Source: Actinomycetota bacterium
GTDB lineage: Bacteria; Actinomycetota; Actinomycetes; Nanopelagicales; Nanopelagicaceae
Length of the DNA: 64,000 bases
Assembly (NCBI GenBank): GCA_041172145.1
Contig: JBEDKL010000005.1
Span: 297-64,296, forward strand
Reading direction: 5' to 3'
This document shows positions 10,919-20,298 of this stretch, piece by piece. How positions within the stretch are numbered: the first letter of the stretch is position 1; every line of letters begins with the position of its first letter. A program made the translations under genes and the position numbers. A model generated the notes under the pieces. It made no database searches, was not told where the DNA came from, and worked only from the letters and a program-made list of their open reading frames with translations.

Positions 10919-11814
10919 CCCAAAGCACTGATCAAACGATCAACGCTCGCACCCAACGCGTAACGCTCCTTGAATTGATAGATCGCTGAAAGATCTGATG
11001 GTGCTTTTGGCAGAGAAAGATCCACCTTGGGCAAAGGCGCATCTCTTGCAACGCGTACTAATTTAGGTGCAATCTTCAGGTAATCAGCCCCTGCAATAAT
11101 CTTCTTAGCAAGTGCTGGAGGTAGCGATGCATGACCTTCAAGTGCTGCAGCTAACGCATCTTCGACATTTGCAAAATTATTTGCAATAACTGCAGCACCC
11201 TTTTCGCCGATTCCCTTGACCCCGGGCAAACCATCTGATGGATCACCACGAAACATTGCAAAGAGGTCATATCTCTCACCTGGAATCAAATATTTGTCGG
11301 TAACATACTTAATATCTACCAAATCATGTTGGGAAATACCTTTGGCCAGATAAACAACTTTGATATCACGTTTATCATCAACCATCTGAAAGAGATCACG
11401 ATCCCCGGTGACAATGCGTATTGGACCTTTTTCTATCTCCGCATAGGTTGCCATCACATCATCGGCTTCATAATCATCAACACCAACAACAGGAATACCA
11501 AAGAGATCAAGCAGATCTAGAAGAATTGGAATTTGTGGAGTTAAAGTTTCAGGCTCCTCTTCCTCCTCCCCTTCCTCCTCTAAACGATTAGCCTTGTAAT
11601 CTGGAAAAATATCTACTCGCCAACTTGGTCGCCAATCTCCATCCAGACATGCAACTAAGCGATCTGGTTTATACACATTCATTAATCGCGCCGTCATGTC
11701 TACATAGCCACGGATGGCATTCACCGAAGTTCCATCCGGAGCCAACAAGGTATCTGGCATTCCATAATATGCGCGGTACCAAAGAGATGCGCTATCTAAA
11801 AGCATTAAGGTCAT
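10912..11814 (-). CDS. 5'-3' exonuclease (PolA N-terminal/FEN-like)
   Basis: LLDSASLWYRAYY, YKANR, EADDV, TGDRDLFQ, GDPSDGLPGVKGIGEK. Confidence 0.92.
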   Translation of the reverse strand: MTLMLLDSASLWYRAYYGMPDTLLAPDGTSVNAIRGYVDMTARLMNVYKPDRLVACLDGDWRPSWRVDIFPDYKANRLEEEGEEEEEPETLTPQIPILLDLLDLFGIPVVGVDDYEADDVMATYAEIEKGPIRIVTGDRDLFQMVDDKRDIKVVYLAKGISQHDLVDIKYVTDKYLIPGERYDLFAMFRGDPSDGLPGVKGIGEKGAAVIANNFANVEDALAAALEGHASLPPALAKKIIAGADYLKIAPKLVRVARDAPLPKVDLSLPKAPSDLSAIYQFKERYALGASVDRLISALGW

Positions 11815-14186
11815 ATATCCCCCATTAGATAGGCAACTACTCCACGATCAATTCGCTTGACCGCATCCTTGCAGACTGGACGTAGTTTTTCACTTGCTCC
11901 CGCTATTTGGTTTAAAAGATCAACCAACTGCTTGGTAGACCTTACAAAATCTCCTACCGACATATCGCTTCCTTTAAGGACACTATTTAAGGAGTTTCCG
12001 CTAGCCCATTTGTAAGAGATAAAGCAAAAACCTGCATCGGGCTCACGTTGGGTTTTCACTCCGAAGTCATTTTCAATCTTCTCCAATGCTGCCCACAACG
12101 AAATGATCTCAGTCAGAGTTGAGGTCACCTTTTGACTTGGCAGTTTCGGAGCTAAATTCTCTTGTGATCGCGATTCAAAGATCATGCAGGAAACCACAGA
12201 AAGCAGTTCAGTTGCATTGAGATCGTCTAGCAATCCTCGACGAATTGATTCGGTTAATAGCAAATCTGATTCTGCATAAATTTTGGTCAGAATCTTTCCC
12301 TGAACAGTTGGCTTCTCGCCATCGATGTATTGAAGATGATCTAGCACCTGACAGATCTGATCAAAGGTCTTGGCGATGACATGGGTGCGATTTTCGACTC
12401 GGGTAGTTAATCCATCATTCTCACGTGTGAGACGTCCGGCTCTTTCAGCAAGTCGTGCGTGATCCTCACGTTCGGCGCAACCATGACAGGAGTGCGATTT
12501 CATGCTCTTACGAAGATCAGAGAGCTCACCTTCTAAATGTCCCCGTTGTCTATTGTCAAAGGTTTTTCTTTGATCACGACGACTGAGCAAGACCTCTACC
12601 TCTTTTATGGATCGACGAAGGCGCGCGTACTCGGCGAAATCTCCCAAGTGGCATTGGGCATCCTTCATCAACTCTTCTATGGCAGCTTCATTTTTTCTGA
12701 TCTGACGAGTCAAGCCAACTACAGCCCGGTCAGCTTGGAACTGCGCAAAGGATGATTCAAGTGAACGACGTGCAGTCTCGCGACCAAAACGTGAAATCAG
12801 ATTAATTGCCATGTTGTATGTAGGAGAAAAAGATGAACGCAAAGGATAAGTACGTGTTGAAGCTAATCCCGCAGCCGATGCTGAATCAACTGTAGGCGAC
12901 CATTGAATAACCGCATTTCCTTCGATATCGATTCCTCTGCGACCAGCACGTCCAGTTAACTGGGTGTACTCCCCCGGCGTAATTGGCACATGAGCTTCAC
13001 CGTTGTACTTGATCAACTTCTCTAACACCACAGTACGAGCTGGCATGTTGATACCAAGTGCAAGGGTCTCAGTTGCAAAGACCGCCTTAACTAAGCCGCG
13101 TTGAAAGAGATCTTCAACCGCACCTTTAAAGCTAGGTAGCAGTCCTGCATGGTGGGCTGCGATTCCCCGCTCTAGAGCGGTTAACCACTCTTCGAAGCCA
13201 AGAACCTCGAGATCCTCTTCGGCGATGTTTTGGGTGTATCGCAGCGCAGTCTGGCGAATCTCGACTCGCTCTTCCGGAGAAGTCAACCTAAGTCCGGCAT
13301 GCAAGCATTGCTTGACCGCTGCATCGCAGCCAACTCTTGAAAAAATGAAGGTGATTGCAGGCAGAAGGTTTTCACGCTGAAGCTTTTCTATGATGTCAGA
13401 TCTGCTCATTCGATCAGAAGGTTCAGTAAACCGTCCTCGACGATTGCGACCCAAGGCGGAGCGACGGATCGCTTCTCGCTCTCGTTGCAAAATCTCTGGA
13501 TTGATTTTTCCGGGTTGTTCAAACAAATCCATCAGTCGGTTGCCGATCAATACATGTTGGAACAAAGGAATCGGTCGAATTTCGCTGACGATAACCTCGG
13601 TATCTCCCCGAACCTCGCCCAGCCATTCACCAAACTCCTCTGCGTTGGACACCGTTGCAGATAGGGATATGACCTGCACACTCTCCATCAGGTGAATGAG
13701 GACCTCTTCCCACACTGCGCCGCGGAACTTATCGGCTAGGTAATGGACCTCGTCCATCACCACGCAACCTAAGTTGGTTAAGGTGTTGGAACCTGCATAC
13801 AACATGTTACGAAGAACCTCTGTTGTCATAACCAGGATGTCAGCCTCGCCATTAATGCTGGTATCGCCAGTCAACAAACCAACACGATCCTCGCCAAACT
13901 TTGCTACAAACTCGGAGTACTTTTGATTTGATAAAGCTTTAATTGGTGTTGTGTAGAAACACTTTTTTCCCGCTTGCAAGGCAAAGTAAGCGGCAAACTC
14001 TCCCACAACAGTTTTTCCTGCACCTGTTGGAGCTGCTACCAAGACGCCCTTTCCATCTTCCACGGCGTGACATGCGGTTATTTGAAATGGATCAAACTCA
14101 AAATCAAAGGTTAGAAGAAACTCTGTTGTAACAGGATGTTGTCCTCGAAGTTTTGCCGCGGCGTACCGCTCGGCAGGAGTACTCAT
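11811..14186 (-). CDS. helY: Ski2-like DEVH-box RNA helicase HelY
   Basis: APTGAGKT, PIKALSNQK, DEVH, SAT, GRAGRRG; start 14186 gives an ATGA overlap with the upstream gene. Confidence 0.9.
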   Translation of the reverse strand: MSTPAERYAAAKLRGQHPVTTEFLLTFDFEFDPFQITACHAVEDGKGVLVAAPTGAGKTVVGEFAAYFALQAGKKCFYTTPIKALSNQKYSEFVAKFGEDRVGLLTGDTSINGEADILVMTTEVLRNMLYAGSNTLTNLGCVVMDEVHYLADKFRGAVWEEVLIHLMESVQVISLSATVSNAEEFGEWLGEVRGDTEVIVSEIRPIPLFQHVLIGNRLMDLFEQPGKINPEILQREREAIRRSALGRNRRGRFTEPSDRMSRSDIIEKLQRENLLPAITFIFSRVGCDAAVKQCLHAGLRLTSPEERVEIRQTALRYTQNIAEEDLEVLGFEEWLTALERGIAAHHAGLLPSFKGAVEDLFQRGLVKAVFATETLALGINMPARTVVLEKLIKYNGEAHVPITPGEYTQLTGRAGRRGIDIEGNAVIQWSPTVDSASAAGLASTRTYPLRSSFSPTYNMAINLISRFGRETARRSLESSFAQFQADRAVVGLTRQIRKNEAAIEELMKDAQCHLGDFAEYARLRRSIKEVEVLLSRRDQRKTFDNRQRGHLEGELSDLRKSMKSHSCHGCAEREDHARLAERAGRLTRENDGLTTRVENRTHVIAKTFDQICQVLDHLQYIDGEKPTVQGKILTKIYAESDLLLTESIRRGLLDDLNATELLSVVSCMIFESRSQENLAPKLPSQKVTSTLTEIISLWAALEKIENDFGVKTQREPDAGFCFISYKWASGNSLNSVLKGSDMSVGDFVRSTKQLVDLLNQIAGASEKLRPVCKDAVKRIDRGVVAYLMGDI

Positions 14187-15052
14187 GCGACCCAACTCCT
14201 TAGCGCGCCGCGAATGCACTCAGCTGTTACTGGCAGCTGTCCGATACGTTCGCCATCTGCGTAAGCAACCGCCTTGGATTCAATTCTCACCGTTCTGCTT
14301 CTGAGAACTTCCACCGCGGGATGCGAAAGATGTGTGCCAGCAAAGACTCTCGGAAATACCTTAAGGAACTCAATTTTTGAGACTGGACGAAGAATCATCA
14401 CATCAAACAAGCCATCAGAGATATTTGCATCTGGACAGACCAACATTCCACCACCGTATGAACGTCCATTTGATACCGCGATTAACATCGCTTCTGTTGA
14501 AATACTTTGGTCATCTAAGAAGATCTCGTAATGGCGCGGTTTAAAACGTGGAAGCTCAATCGCGATCGCAGCGTTGTACTTCATGGGACCCTTGGGCCAG
14601 CTCAGTGTGTTGGCCTTTTCATTGACAATTGAGTCAAAACCAGTCGAGAGAATCGCACCGAACCATTCACCATCGACCAGTCCCAGATCAATAGGAGTTG
14701 GTTGTGTAGAGGTCACAAAGGATAGATGTTCATCAAAGGAATCAAGGCTCCAACCTAAAGTCCTAACAAAATCATTGCCAGTTCCCGCCGGTATTAACGC
14801 TAAGGGAACTTGGGCAGGTACGACCTTCTGTAAAACTAGATGTAACAAACCATCTCCCCCTACGGCAATTACTCCATCACAATCGGAGCTCTTTTCGAGA
14901 AAATTACCAAGCTGATCAGCAAGTGAGGTTGATGAAGGTCCAGTGATTAATGTGTAAGGGATTTTTCGCTGGGTTAACCATCCGGCAACATAAGTGCCGA
15001 CCGTGGTGCCCTTACCCTGACCTGCGACAGGGTTGATTACTAAAGCCCACAT
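14183..15052 (-). CDS. Diacylglycerol/lipid kinase family protein (YegS-like)
   Basis: NPVAG, GGDG, PAGTGNDF, YGGGM, ADGE. Confidence 0.9.
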   Translation of the reverse strand: MWALVINPVAGQGKGTTVGTYVAGWLTQRKIPYTLITGPSSTSLADQLGNFLEKSSDCDGVIAVGGDGLLHLVLQKVVPAQVPLALIPAGTGNDFVRTLGWSLDSFDEHLSFVTSTQPTPIDLGLVDGEWFGAILSTGFDSIVNEKANTLSWPKGPMKYNAAIAIELPRFKPRHYEIFLDDQSISTEAMLIAVSNGRSYGGGMLVCPDANISDGLFDVMILRPVSKIEFLKVFPRVFAGTHLSHPAVEVLRSRTVRIESKAVAYADGERIGQLPVTAECIRGALRSWVA

Positions 15053-15068
15053 GGGATGACCCTATCGG

Positions 15069-15884
15069 CTAATCCTTAATGGAGGTTGGTGCATCAATGG
15101 CCATGCTGCCGGTTTCGACCATTTCCTGCTTCTTATCTCTTCTGCGATCGACAAAAACCGCAATTATCCCCGCCATGAAGTAAAAGAGGATTAATGGAGC
15201 TGACAGCAGAACCATGCTAAGCGGATCTGCGGTTGGTGACAACGCTGCAACAAAGAAAAAGATTGTGAAGATCCAAATTCTCCAAGGCCTCAAGATTGTT
15301 TTACCTCGAAGAAAGCCGATCAAGTTGAAGGTGAGAAGAAAGATTGGAAGCTCAAATGCAAGACCGACAAAAAGGATTAATCTCAAAACAAAATCAAGAT
15401 AGTCATCAAATCTCACGAGGTTACTGATTGAATCAGGTGTAAAGCCGAAGAGGGCTTTGATTGCAACTGGGAGGATTAAGTAACCCAAGGTTGCACCCAT
15501 TGCAAAAAATGGAGTCGCAGAGGCTACGAAGAGAACACTTGTTCGCTTCTCCTTTCGATGAAGCGCTGGCGCAATAAAGGCCCACAACTGGTAGAGCCAG
15601 AATGGCGCAGAGACGATTACCCCAGTCAACAGAGCAACCTTGATTTGTAGATCTAACGGTCCTAAAACACCACTGATGTACAAAGCCCCGCAGCTAGCAG
15701 CGCCAGCTTCTTGTGCCGCTTTCAAATCACAGACAGGGCTGGCCAAGGTAGAGATGATTGGGTTGTAGAAATACCACCCTCCACCAAAGGCTAGAAGTAC
15801 TGCAATCGCAGAGCGCAGAACTCGTTGACGTAACTCTCTTAAGTGGTCGAGTAAGGGCATCCTCGCTTCGCTTGCAGATGCCAT
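15069..15884 (-). CDS. tatC: Twin-arginine translocase subunit TatC
   Basis: MPLLDHLRELR, YQLWAFIAPAL, FELP, P..DP.SM; multiple TM segments. Confidence 0.95.
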   Translation of the reverse strand: MASASEARMPLLDHLRELRQRVLRSAIAVLLAFGGGWYFYNPIISTLASPVCDLKAAQEAGAASCGALYISGVLGPLDLQIKVALLTGVIVSAPFWLYQLWAFIAPALHRKEKRTSVLFVASATPFFAMGATLGYLILPVAIKALFGFTPDSISNLVRFDDYLDFVLRLILFVGLAFELPIFLLTFNLIGFLRGKTILRPWRIWIFTIFFFVAALSPTADPLSMVLLSAPLILFYFMAGIIAVFVDRRRDKKQEMVETGSMAIDAPTSIKD

Positions 15885-15888
15885 AAAA

Positions 15889-16071
15889 TTACTTCTCTGT
15901 TTTGCCGTCTTCTTCGATTACGACATCATCAGCCTTCATTTCCTTCATCTCACTCTTGAAGATTCGCATGGAGCGACCAAGTGAACGTGCTGAATCTGGA
16001 AGGCGCTTAGCACCGAAAAGCACGAGGACAACGATCAAAAGAATTACGATCTCTCTTGGACCTAGATTCAT
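15889..16071 (-). CDS. tatA: Twin-arginine translocase subunit TatA
   Basis: [24 protein letters not shown]; SD AAGGAG. Confidence 0.95.
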   Translation of the reverse strand: MNLGPREIVILLIVVLVLFGAKRLPDSARSLGRSMRIFKSEMKEMKADDVVIEEDGKTEK

Positions 16072-16138
16072 AGCATTAACTCCTTGGCTGATATTTTTCC
16101 CTACATTACACCAGTACAGCAGAAATCTATAGGCGGTT

Positions 16139-17056
16139 TCAGCCCGCTTTGTAACGATCCAGCATCGATTGGGCCAGCTCCGATATGGAATTTCGAATTT
16201 CCGGGGGTGTCACCAACGCTGCGCCCTTTCCTGAGGCGAGGATAGATCTTTCTAACCATTGCTGAGAAAAAGATTCAAGATCAAATTCAGTATCAGCTTC
16301 CAACTGGGAAAGCTTGAAACGTTCCGCGAGATCTCTGCTTGGAGTTATAACCTTGATTCTCGATTTGATTTTAGCCGTGCTCTTGGTCGGTGCCGAGACA
16401 TCTCTTGGTAGAGAGATAATTTTTGCACTTTGGATTCGATCTGCACGAAACTGCCTGAAATCCTGTGCGGTGTAACAGTATGAACTTAAATACTGATGGC
16501 CATCTGCCTCAATTAACTCCATAGGTAAGATGTTACGAGTACTCACTTCATCTCGATACAAAGAGTGGTAGGTGATTTCTAACCCCAATTGTTTTTGAAC
16601 CGCTTCGGAGATCGCTGCCGTAACCTCAAGATTAATTATGGGGATGGCAGACAGGGCTGATGGAAGATTAATCAATTCAGAAATCTTTGAAGCAAGAACA
16701 TCGATCTTCTCAATCAAATCAACTCGATCTGACTGGATTGATGAGCGCAAAAGATCAAGCCCCAACAGAAGGGCTACTCCTTCATCGAAGTTTATAGATC
16801 TAGGCTTAGACAACGTATCGGCATTATTGATCGTCACATATCCAGTTTCAAAATCAAGATCCATCAACTCAAGTGGCGTATACCCAGGCAATCCACACAT
16901 CCATAAAGTGGTCAGATCATTAACCATTTGTGATTGAGAGACTCCGAAAACGGAGGAAAGCTCCTTCAGGGAGATGCCTTGATGTGAATTAATGTAAGGA
17001 ACAAGATCTAAAAGTCGTGCCGTTCGCTCGAGTGGCGCAGAAAATTTCTTAACCAT
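16139..17056 (-). CDS. pafC: WYL-domain transcriptional regulator PafC
   Basis: RLLDLVPY...[13 protein letters not shown] wHTH; YLSSYC...[11 protein letters not shown] domain; sits between pafB and tatA. Confidence 0.85.
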   Translation of the reverse strand: MVKKFSAPLERTARLLDLVPYINSHQGISLKELSSVFGVSQSQMVNDLTTLWMCGLPGYTPLELMDLDFETGYVTINNADTLSKPRSINFDEGVALLLGLDLLRSSIQSDRVDLIEKIDVLASKISELINLPSALSAIPIINLEVTAAISEAVQKQLGLEITYHSLYRDEVSTRNILPMELIEADGHQYLSSYCYTAQDFRQFRADRIQSAKIISLPRDVSAPTKSTAKIKSRIKVITPSRDLAERFKLSQLEADTEFDLESFSQQWLERSILASGKGAALVTPPEIRNSISELAQSMLDRYKAG

Positions 17057-17591
17057 GGTTACTCACCAACGCCTCTAACTGATCGATGATCAAATTCCTA
17101 AGAGATTCTGGTTCTTGAACTACCGCATCTAGACCATGCCAAAGGATGAGCGCTGAAAGTGATTCGAGGTTGAAGATTGGAATCTTAAGTTGGTCCCATT
17201 CACCTAAAGATTGTTGTGAGGAAGCTAGCGCGCGCAAAGCAGCACCTTTGCCTTTTCGCAGATCGATCACTGCAAATCCATTGGGGTTCATGACATTGAC
17301 TGAAGCTTTTGCAGAAAATCCTTCAGGTGCTTCAAACTCTGATGGCGTATCCCCTGCAGTGATTTGGTTTGTGATGCGATCTAGCCGAAAGGTACGAATC
17401 TCCTGAACCTCTTGATCAACCCCTGCTATGTACCAAAATCCGCTTCGTGTTGAAAGTGACAGAGGAACCACTCTGCGATCGGTAATGGATAAATTCGCAT
17501 CCAGGTACTGAAAACTTAATAGTTGCTGTGATGCTATCGCCTTACTAATCAGGGAAATATCCTGACCACCATCATCGAGTTTATAACTCAT
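17049..17591 (-). CDS. pafB: PafB C-terminal part (WYL + WCX domains) of a frameshifted gene
   Basis: RRVVPL...GFWYIAGVD...RTFRLDRI; no HTH; different frame from the N-terminal part, 11-nt overlap. Confidence 0.75.
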   Translation of the reverse strand: MSYKLDDGGQDISLISKAIASQQLLSFQYLDANLSITDRRVVPLSLSTRSGFWYIAGVDQEVQEIRTFRLDRITNQITAGDTPSEFEAPEGFSAKASVNVMNPNGFAVIDLRKGKGAALRALASSQQSLGEWDQLKIPIFNLESLSALILWHGLDAVVQEPESLRNLIIDQLEALVSNHG

Positions 17592-17970
17592 CGCCTGGAA
17601 TGCCCATGGATTTCAGCTTCAATAGTGCACTCTGTGCAACTTCACCAAATGATGCTTCTTGCCAAGCTTGCGCCGCCAGAGAAAGCAGTGATACTTCAAT
17701 TGGTGTTATCTCACCCAAATCAAATTGATACTTTTCCTGCTTAATTCGGTATCCAGGCTCATCATTAAAGAGAGGATCAAAGCTACCAACCTCAATCTCA
17801 ATTCCTAAGGAGCGGAGATCATCCTTGTCACGCTCAAACATTCTCTCTTTGGTTTCAGCGCTACCTTCATAGCCTTCAACGGTATTAAAAATTTCAGATT
17901 TTGTTAGGTATCTCTTTGTTGCAAGCAGGGCGATAGTTAGATTGATTAACCGCTCAATCTTCCGAGACAC
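17581..17970 (-). CDS. pafB: PafB N-terminal part (winged HTH); split gene or pseudogene
   Basis: KIERLINLTIALL, ERMFERDKDDLRSLGI, GYRI; stops at GIPGDEL*. Confidence 0.75.
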   Translation of the reverse strand: MSRKIERLINLTIALLATKRYLTKSEIFNTVEGYEGSAETKERMFERDKDDLRSLGIEIEVGSFDPLFNDEPGYRIKQEKYQFDLGEITPIEVSLLSLAAQAWQEASFGEVAQSALLKLKSMGIPGDEL

Positions 17971-18805
17971 CGTATGCACCCTTCGCTGGCCGACGACGTC
18001 TAGCTAGAACTTCAACGCCAGGGGCCATTCTGCGGCTTTGAATGAGGAACCCTGTGTGTCCGATCATTCTCTGTTGAGGACGGACAGCTAGACCTTCATG
18101 GTGCCAGCCTCGAACCATCGTCTCTGAACTCTCAGGCTCGGTGAATCTGCCATCCTCTTTAAGGGCTTCAGCTGTTGCCGAAAGTTGAGTAGTTGTAGCG
18201 ACATAGGCCAGAAATACTCCCCCAGGACGCAAAGCGCGGGCTGCGATATCGACACATTCCCACGGTGCAAGCATGTCTAATACAACACGATCAAACTCAG
18301 ATTCAAAGCTTTGGTCCTGTAAATCCCCAACTAATAAAGACCAATTTGCTGGTGCGCCTTCAAAGTATGAGTCAACATTTGAACGAGCGTTCTCTGCAAA
18401 ATCCGCACGACGTTCAACTGAGTGCACCTTTCCCGTTGGGCCTGTTGCACGAAGAAGAGAGATGGTTAGCGCTCCGCTTCCAACACCTGCCTCAAGAACT
18501 CGAGACCCTGGATAAATATCGGCCACGCCAACAATCATCGCTGCATCCTTGGGATAAACGATCGTTGCACCCCGAGGCATTGTTAAAACATAATCTGCAA
18601 GCAAGGGTTTAAATGCGGTGAACTTTAAACCTGCAGTTGTGCTGACAACTGATCCTTCGGGCATTCCGATGAGTTCATCATGAGTGATCCAACCCTTATG
18701 TGTGTGCCACTCCTTGCCTGGTGTGATGGTAAAGCTGTAAAGCTTTCCTTTGGGATCGGTCAATTGAATGCGATCGCCAGCTCCGAAATACCCAAGATTA
18801 GACAC
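17954..18805 (-). CDS. trmI: tRNA (adenine58-N1)-methyltransferase
   Basis: MPRGATIVYPKDAA, VLEAGVGSGALT, LDMLAPWE, HTGFL. Confidence 0.94.
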   Translation of the reverse strand: MSNLGYFGAGDRIQLTDPKGKLYSFTITPGKEWHTHKGWITHDELIGMPEGSVVSTTAGLKFTAFKPLLADYVLTMPRGATIVYPKDAAMIVGVADIYPGSRVLEAGVGSGALTISLLRATGPTGKVHSVERRADFAENARSNVDSYFEGAPANWSLLVGDLQDQSFESEFDRVVLDMLAPWECVDIAARALRPGGVFLAYVATTTQLSATAEALKEDGRFTEPESSETMVRGWHHEGLAVRPQQRMIGHTGFLIQSRRMAPGVEVLARRRRPAKGAYGVSED

Positions 18806-18856
18806 GGGAGCATCTTAGGCGATTATCGGCATCAAAGTACGAGTATCTTCAGCCAG

Positions 18857-19621
18857 GTGAGCCAAGAGAAGAGTCTGCGATTATCGCCAAGTGCGGTCAG
18901 CGAGTATGAAAACTGCCCGCAGCTGTACAAGTATCGCAAGATCGACAAACTCCCTGAGCCCCCATCCTTGGATGCAGAACGTGGCACATTGGTACACACA
19001 ATCTTGCAGGATTTATTTGAGTTTCCAAGTCAGGAACGAACTCCACAAACTGCGATAGATCTTTTGCCCTCTCGCTGGGCGGCACAACTTGAAGGAAAAC
19101 CAGCCCTCCTTGAGATGGTTACAAATGAGAAAGAGTGGCTGGATCGCGCCTCAGCACTTCTGACTACCTACTTCACTCTCGAAAATCCTGCTTCCTTTGA
19201 AGCAACTCACCGCGAGATGCACTTAGAAAATGATTTTGATACAGATGTTTATCTCCATGGATACGTGGACAGACTTGATATCGCACCAACAGGTGAGGTC
19301 CGAATCGTGGATTATAAAACTGGAAAATCTCCCAAACCAGGTTGGGAAGAGAAGGCGCTTTTTCAACTACGGGTATACGCACTTTTGTACTGGAAAAACA
19401 CCGGCGTTCTCCCCCGGTTGCTGCAATTAATTTATCTTGGCGATGGCCGAATCGTAAAAAGTAACCCCAAGCTCTCAGATATTGAATCTGCCGAAAAGGT
19501 TCTCAAGAGGGTCGCAAAGGATATTTTCATATCCACCGAGAAAGAGTACTGGCCACCAAAGCCTTCACGTCTGTGCGATTGGTGTTATTTTAAAAAGATC
19601 TGTCCCGCACATAACGATTAA
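18857..19621 (+). CDS. RecB-family PD-(D/E)XK exonuclease (Cas4-like fold, Rv2119-like)
   Basis: LSPS...CP, GTLVH, GYVDRLD, IVDYKTGK, QL..YA, C-terminal CDWC...CP; start GTG 18857 is 7 nt after a TATCTT -10. Confidence 0.85.
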   Translation: MSQEKSLRLSPSAVSEYENCPQLYKYRKIDKLPEPPSLDAERGTLVHTILQDLFEFPSQERTPQTAIDLLPSRWAAQLEGKPALLEMVTNEKEWLDRASALLTTYFTLENPASFEATHREMHLENDFDTDVYLHGYVDRLDIAPTGEVRIVDYKTGKSPKPGWEEKALFQLRVYALLYWKNTGVLPRLLQLIYLGDGRIVKSNPKLSDIESAEKVLKRVAKDIFISTEKEYWPPKPSRLCDWCYFKKICPAHND

Positions 19622-20298
19622 ACAGCAGATGAAAAGTTGCTGTGAAGTTGTTGCAACTTTTGAAAATCCAACTGCTTCAAAGATTTGATTACTCGAACCC
19701 TAGCTGACTCTTCAATTGAGACTAGATGCGGAACGGCGATTAAATAGGCACCGCTAGCTGTTGCTGCACTCATTCCTGTTAATGAGTCCTCAAAAACCAA
19801 GCAATTGGATATCTCTGATTGACTGATAGCGGCAGCCTTCAGATAGCAATCAGGCTGTGGTTTTGTGTTTACGACATCATCAGAGCTTATTGAAAAGGGA
19901 AAAAGGTCATGGCCTAGGTTGTCCAAGACCGCATCCACGATGTTACGCGGGCTAGCTGAAACCAAGGCAGTTTTTACTCCGTGAGATTGAAGATTGCGAA
20001 CTAATTCGACTGCACCAGGCATAGTTGGTGTGTTGCCTCGCATTTTTTCTGCCTGTACCCGAATCAACTCTTCAGTAAAGAAGGAAGGAGATTCAACCTG
20101 GCCACATTTGTCATACATATATTGACCGACACGTGAAAGCGGTCCACCTAAGCAGGCGATCTGGTCAGATTCCAGCCATGTGTAACCAAAAGGTTTTGTT
20201 ACCTCTATCTCTGATTGAAACCATTCTGGCTCGGAATCAACCATGAGGCCATCCATATCAAAGAAAACCGCATCAAAAAAGGTAAGCACATCGATCAC
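19618..20298 (-). CDS. HAD-family phosphatase
   Basis: FDMDGLMVDSE, KPQPD.Y, FEDS..G. Confidence 0.9.
   Translation of the reverse strand: MIDVLTFFDAVFFDMDGLMVDSEPEWFQSEIEVTKPFGYTWLESDQIACLGGPLSRVGQYMYDKCGQVESPSFFTEELIRVQAEKMRGNTPTMPGAVELVRNLQSHGVKTALVSASPRNIVDAVLDNLGHDLFPFSISSDDVVNTKPQPDCYLKAAAISQSEISNCLVFEDSLTGMSAATASGAYLIAVPHLVSIEESARVRVIKSLKQLDFQKLQQLHSNFSSAV

Noticed and set aside
11553-11581. CTC/CTT low-complexity run as a tandem repeat or contingency locus
   Set aside because: Encodes an in-frame acidic loop (EEEGEEEEE) with mixed codons
16139-17970. WYL proteins as defence-island regulators
   Set aside because: Sequence and position next to tatA identify them as housekeeping PafB/PafC
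18820-18850. PafBC (RecA-NDp) promoter TGTCGG-N10-TAnnnT upstream of the nuclease
   Set aside because: Only TATCGG is present and it is 14 nt from the -10; TGTCGG at 6006 also lacks a correctly spaced TAnnnT
18857-19621. Cas4-like nuclease as evidence of a CRISPR or defence system
   Set aside because: No repeat-spacer array or other cas genes; this RecB-family gene is the usual neighbour of trmI in actinobacteria
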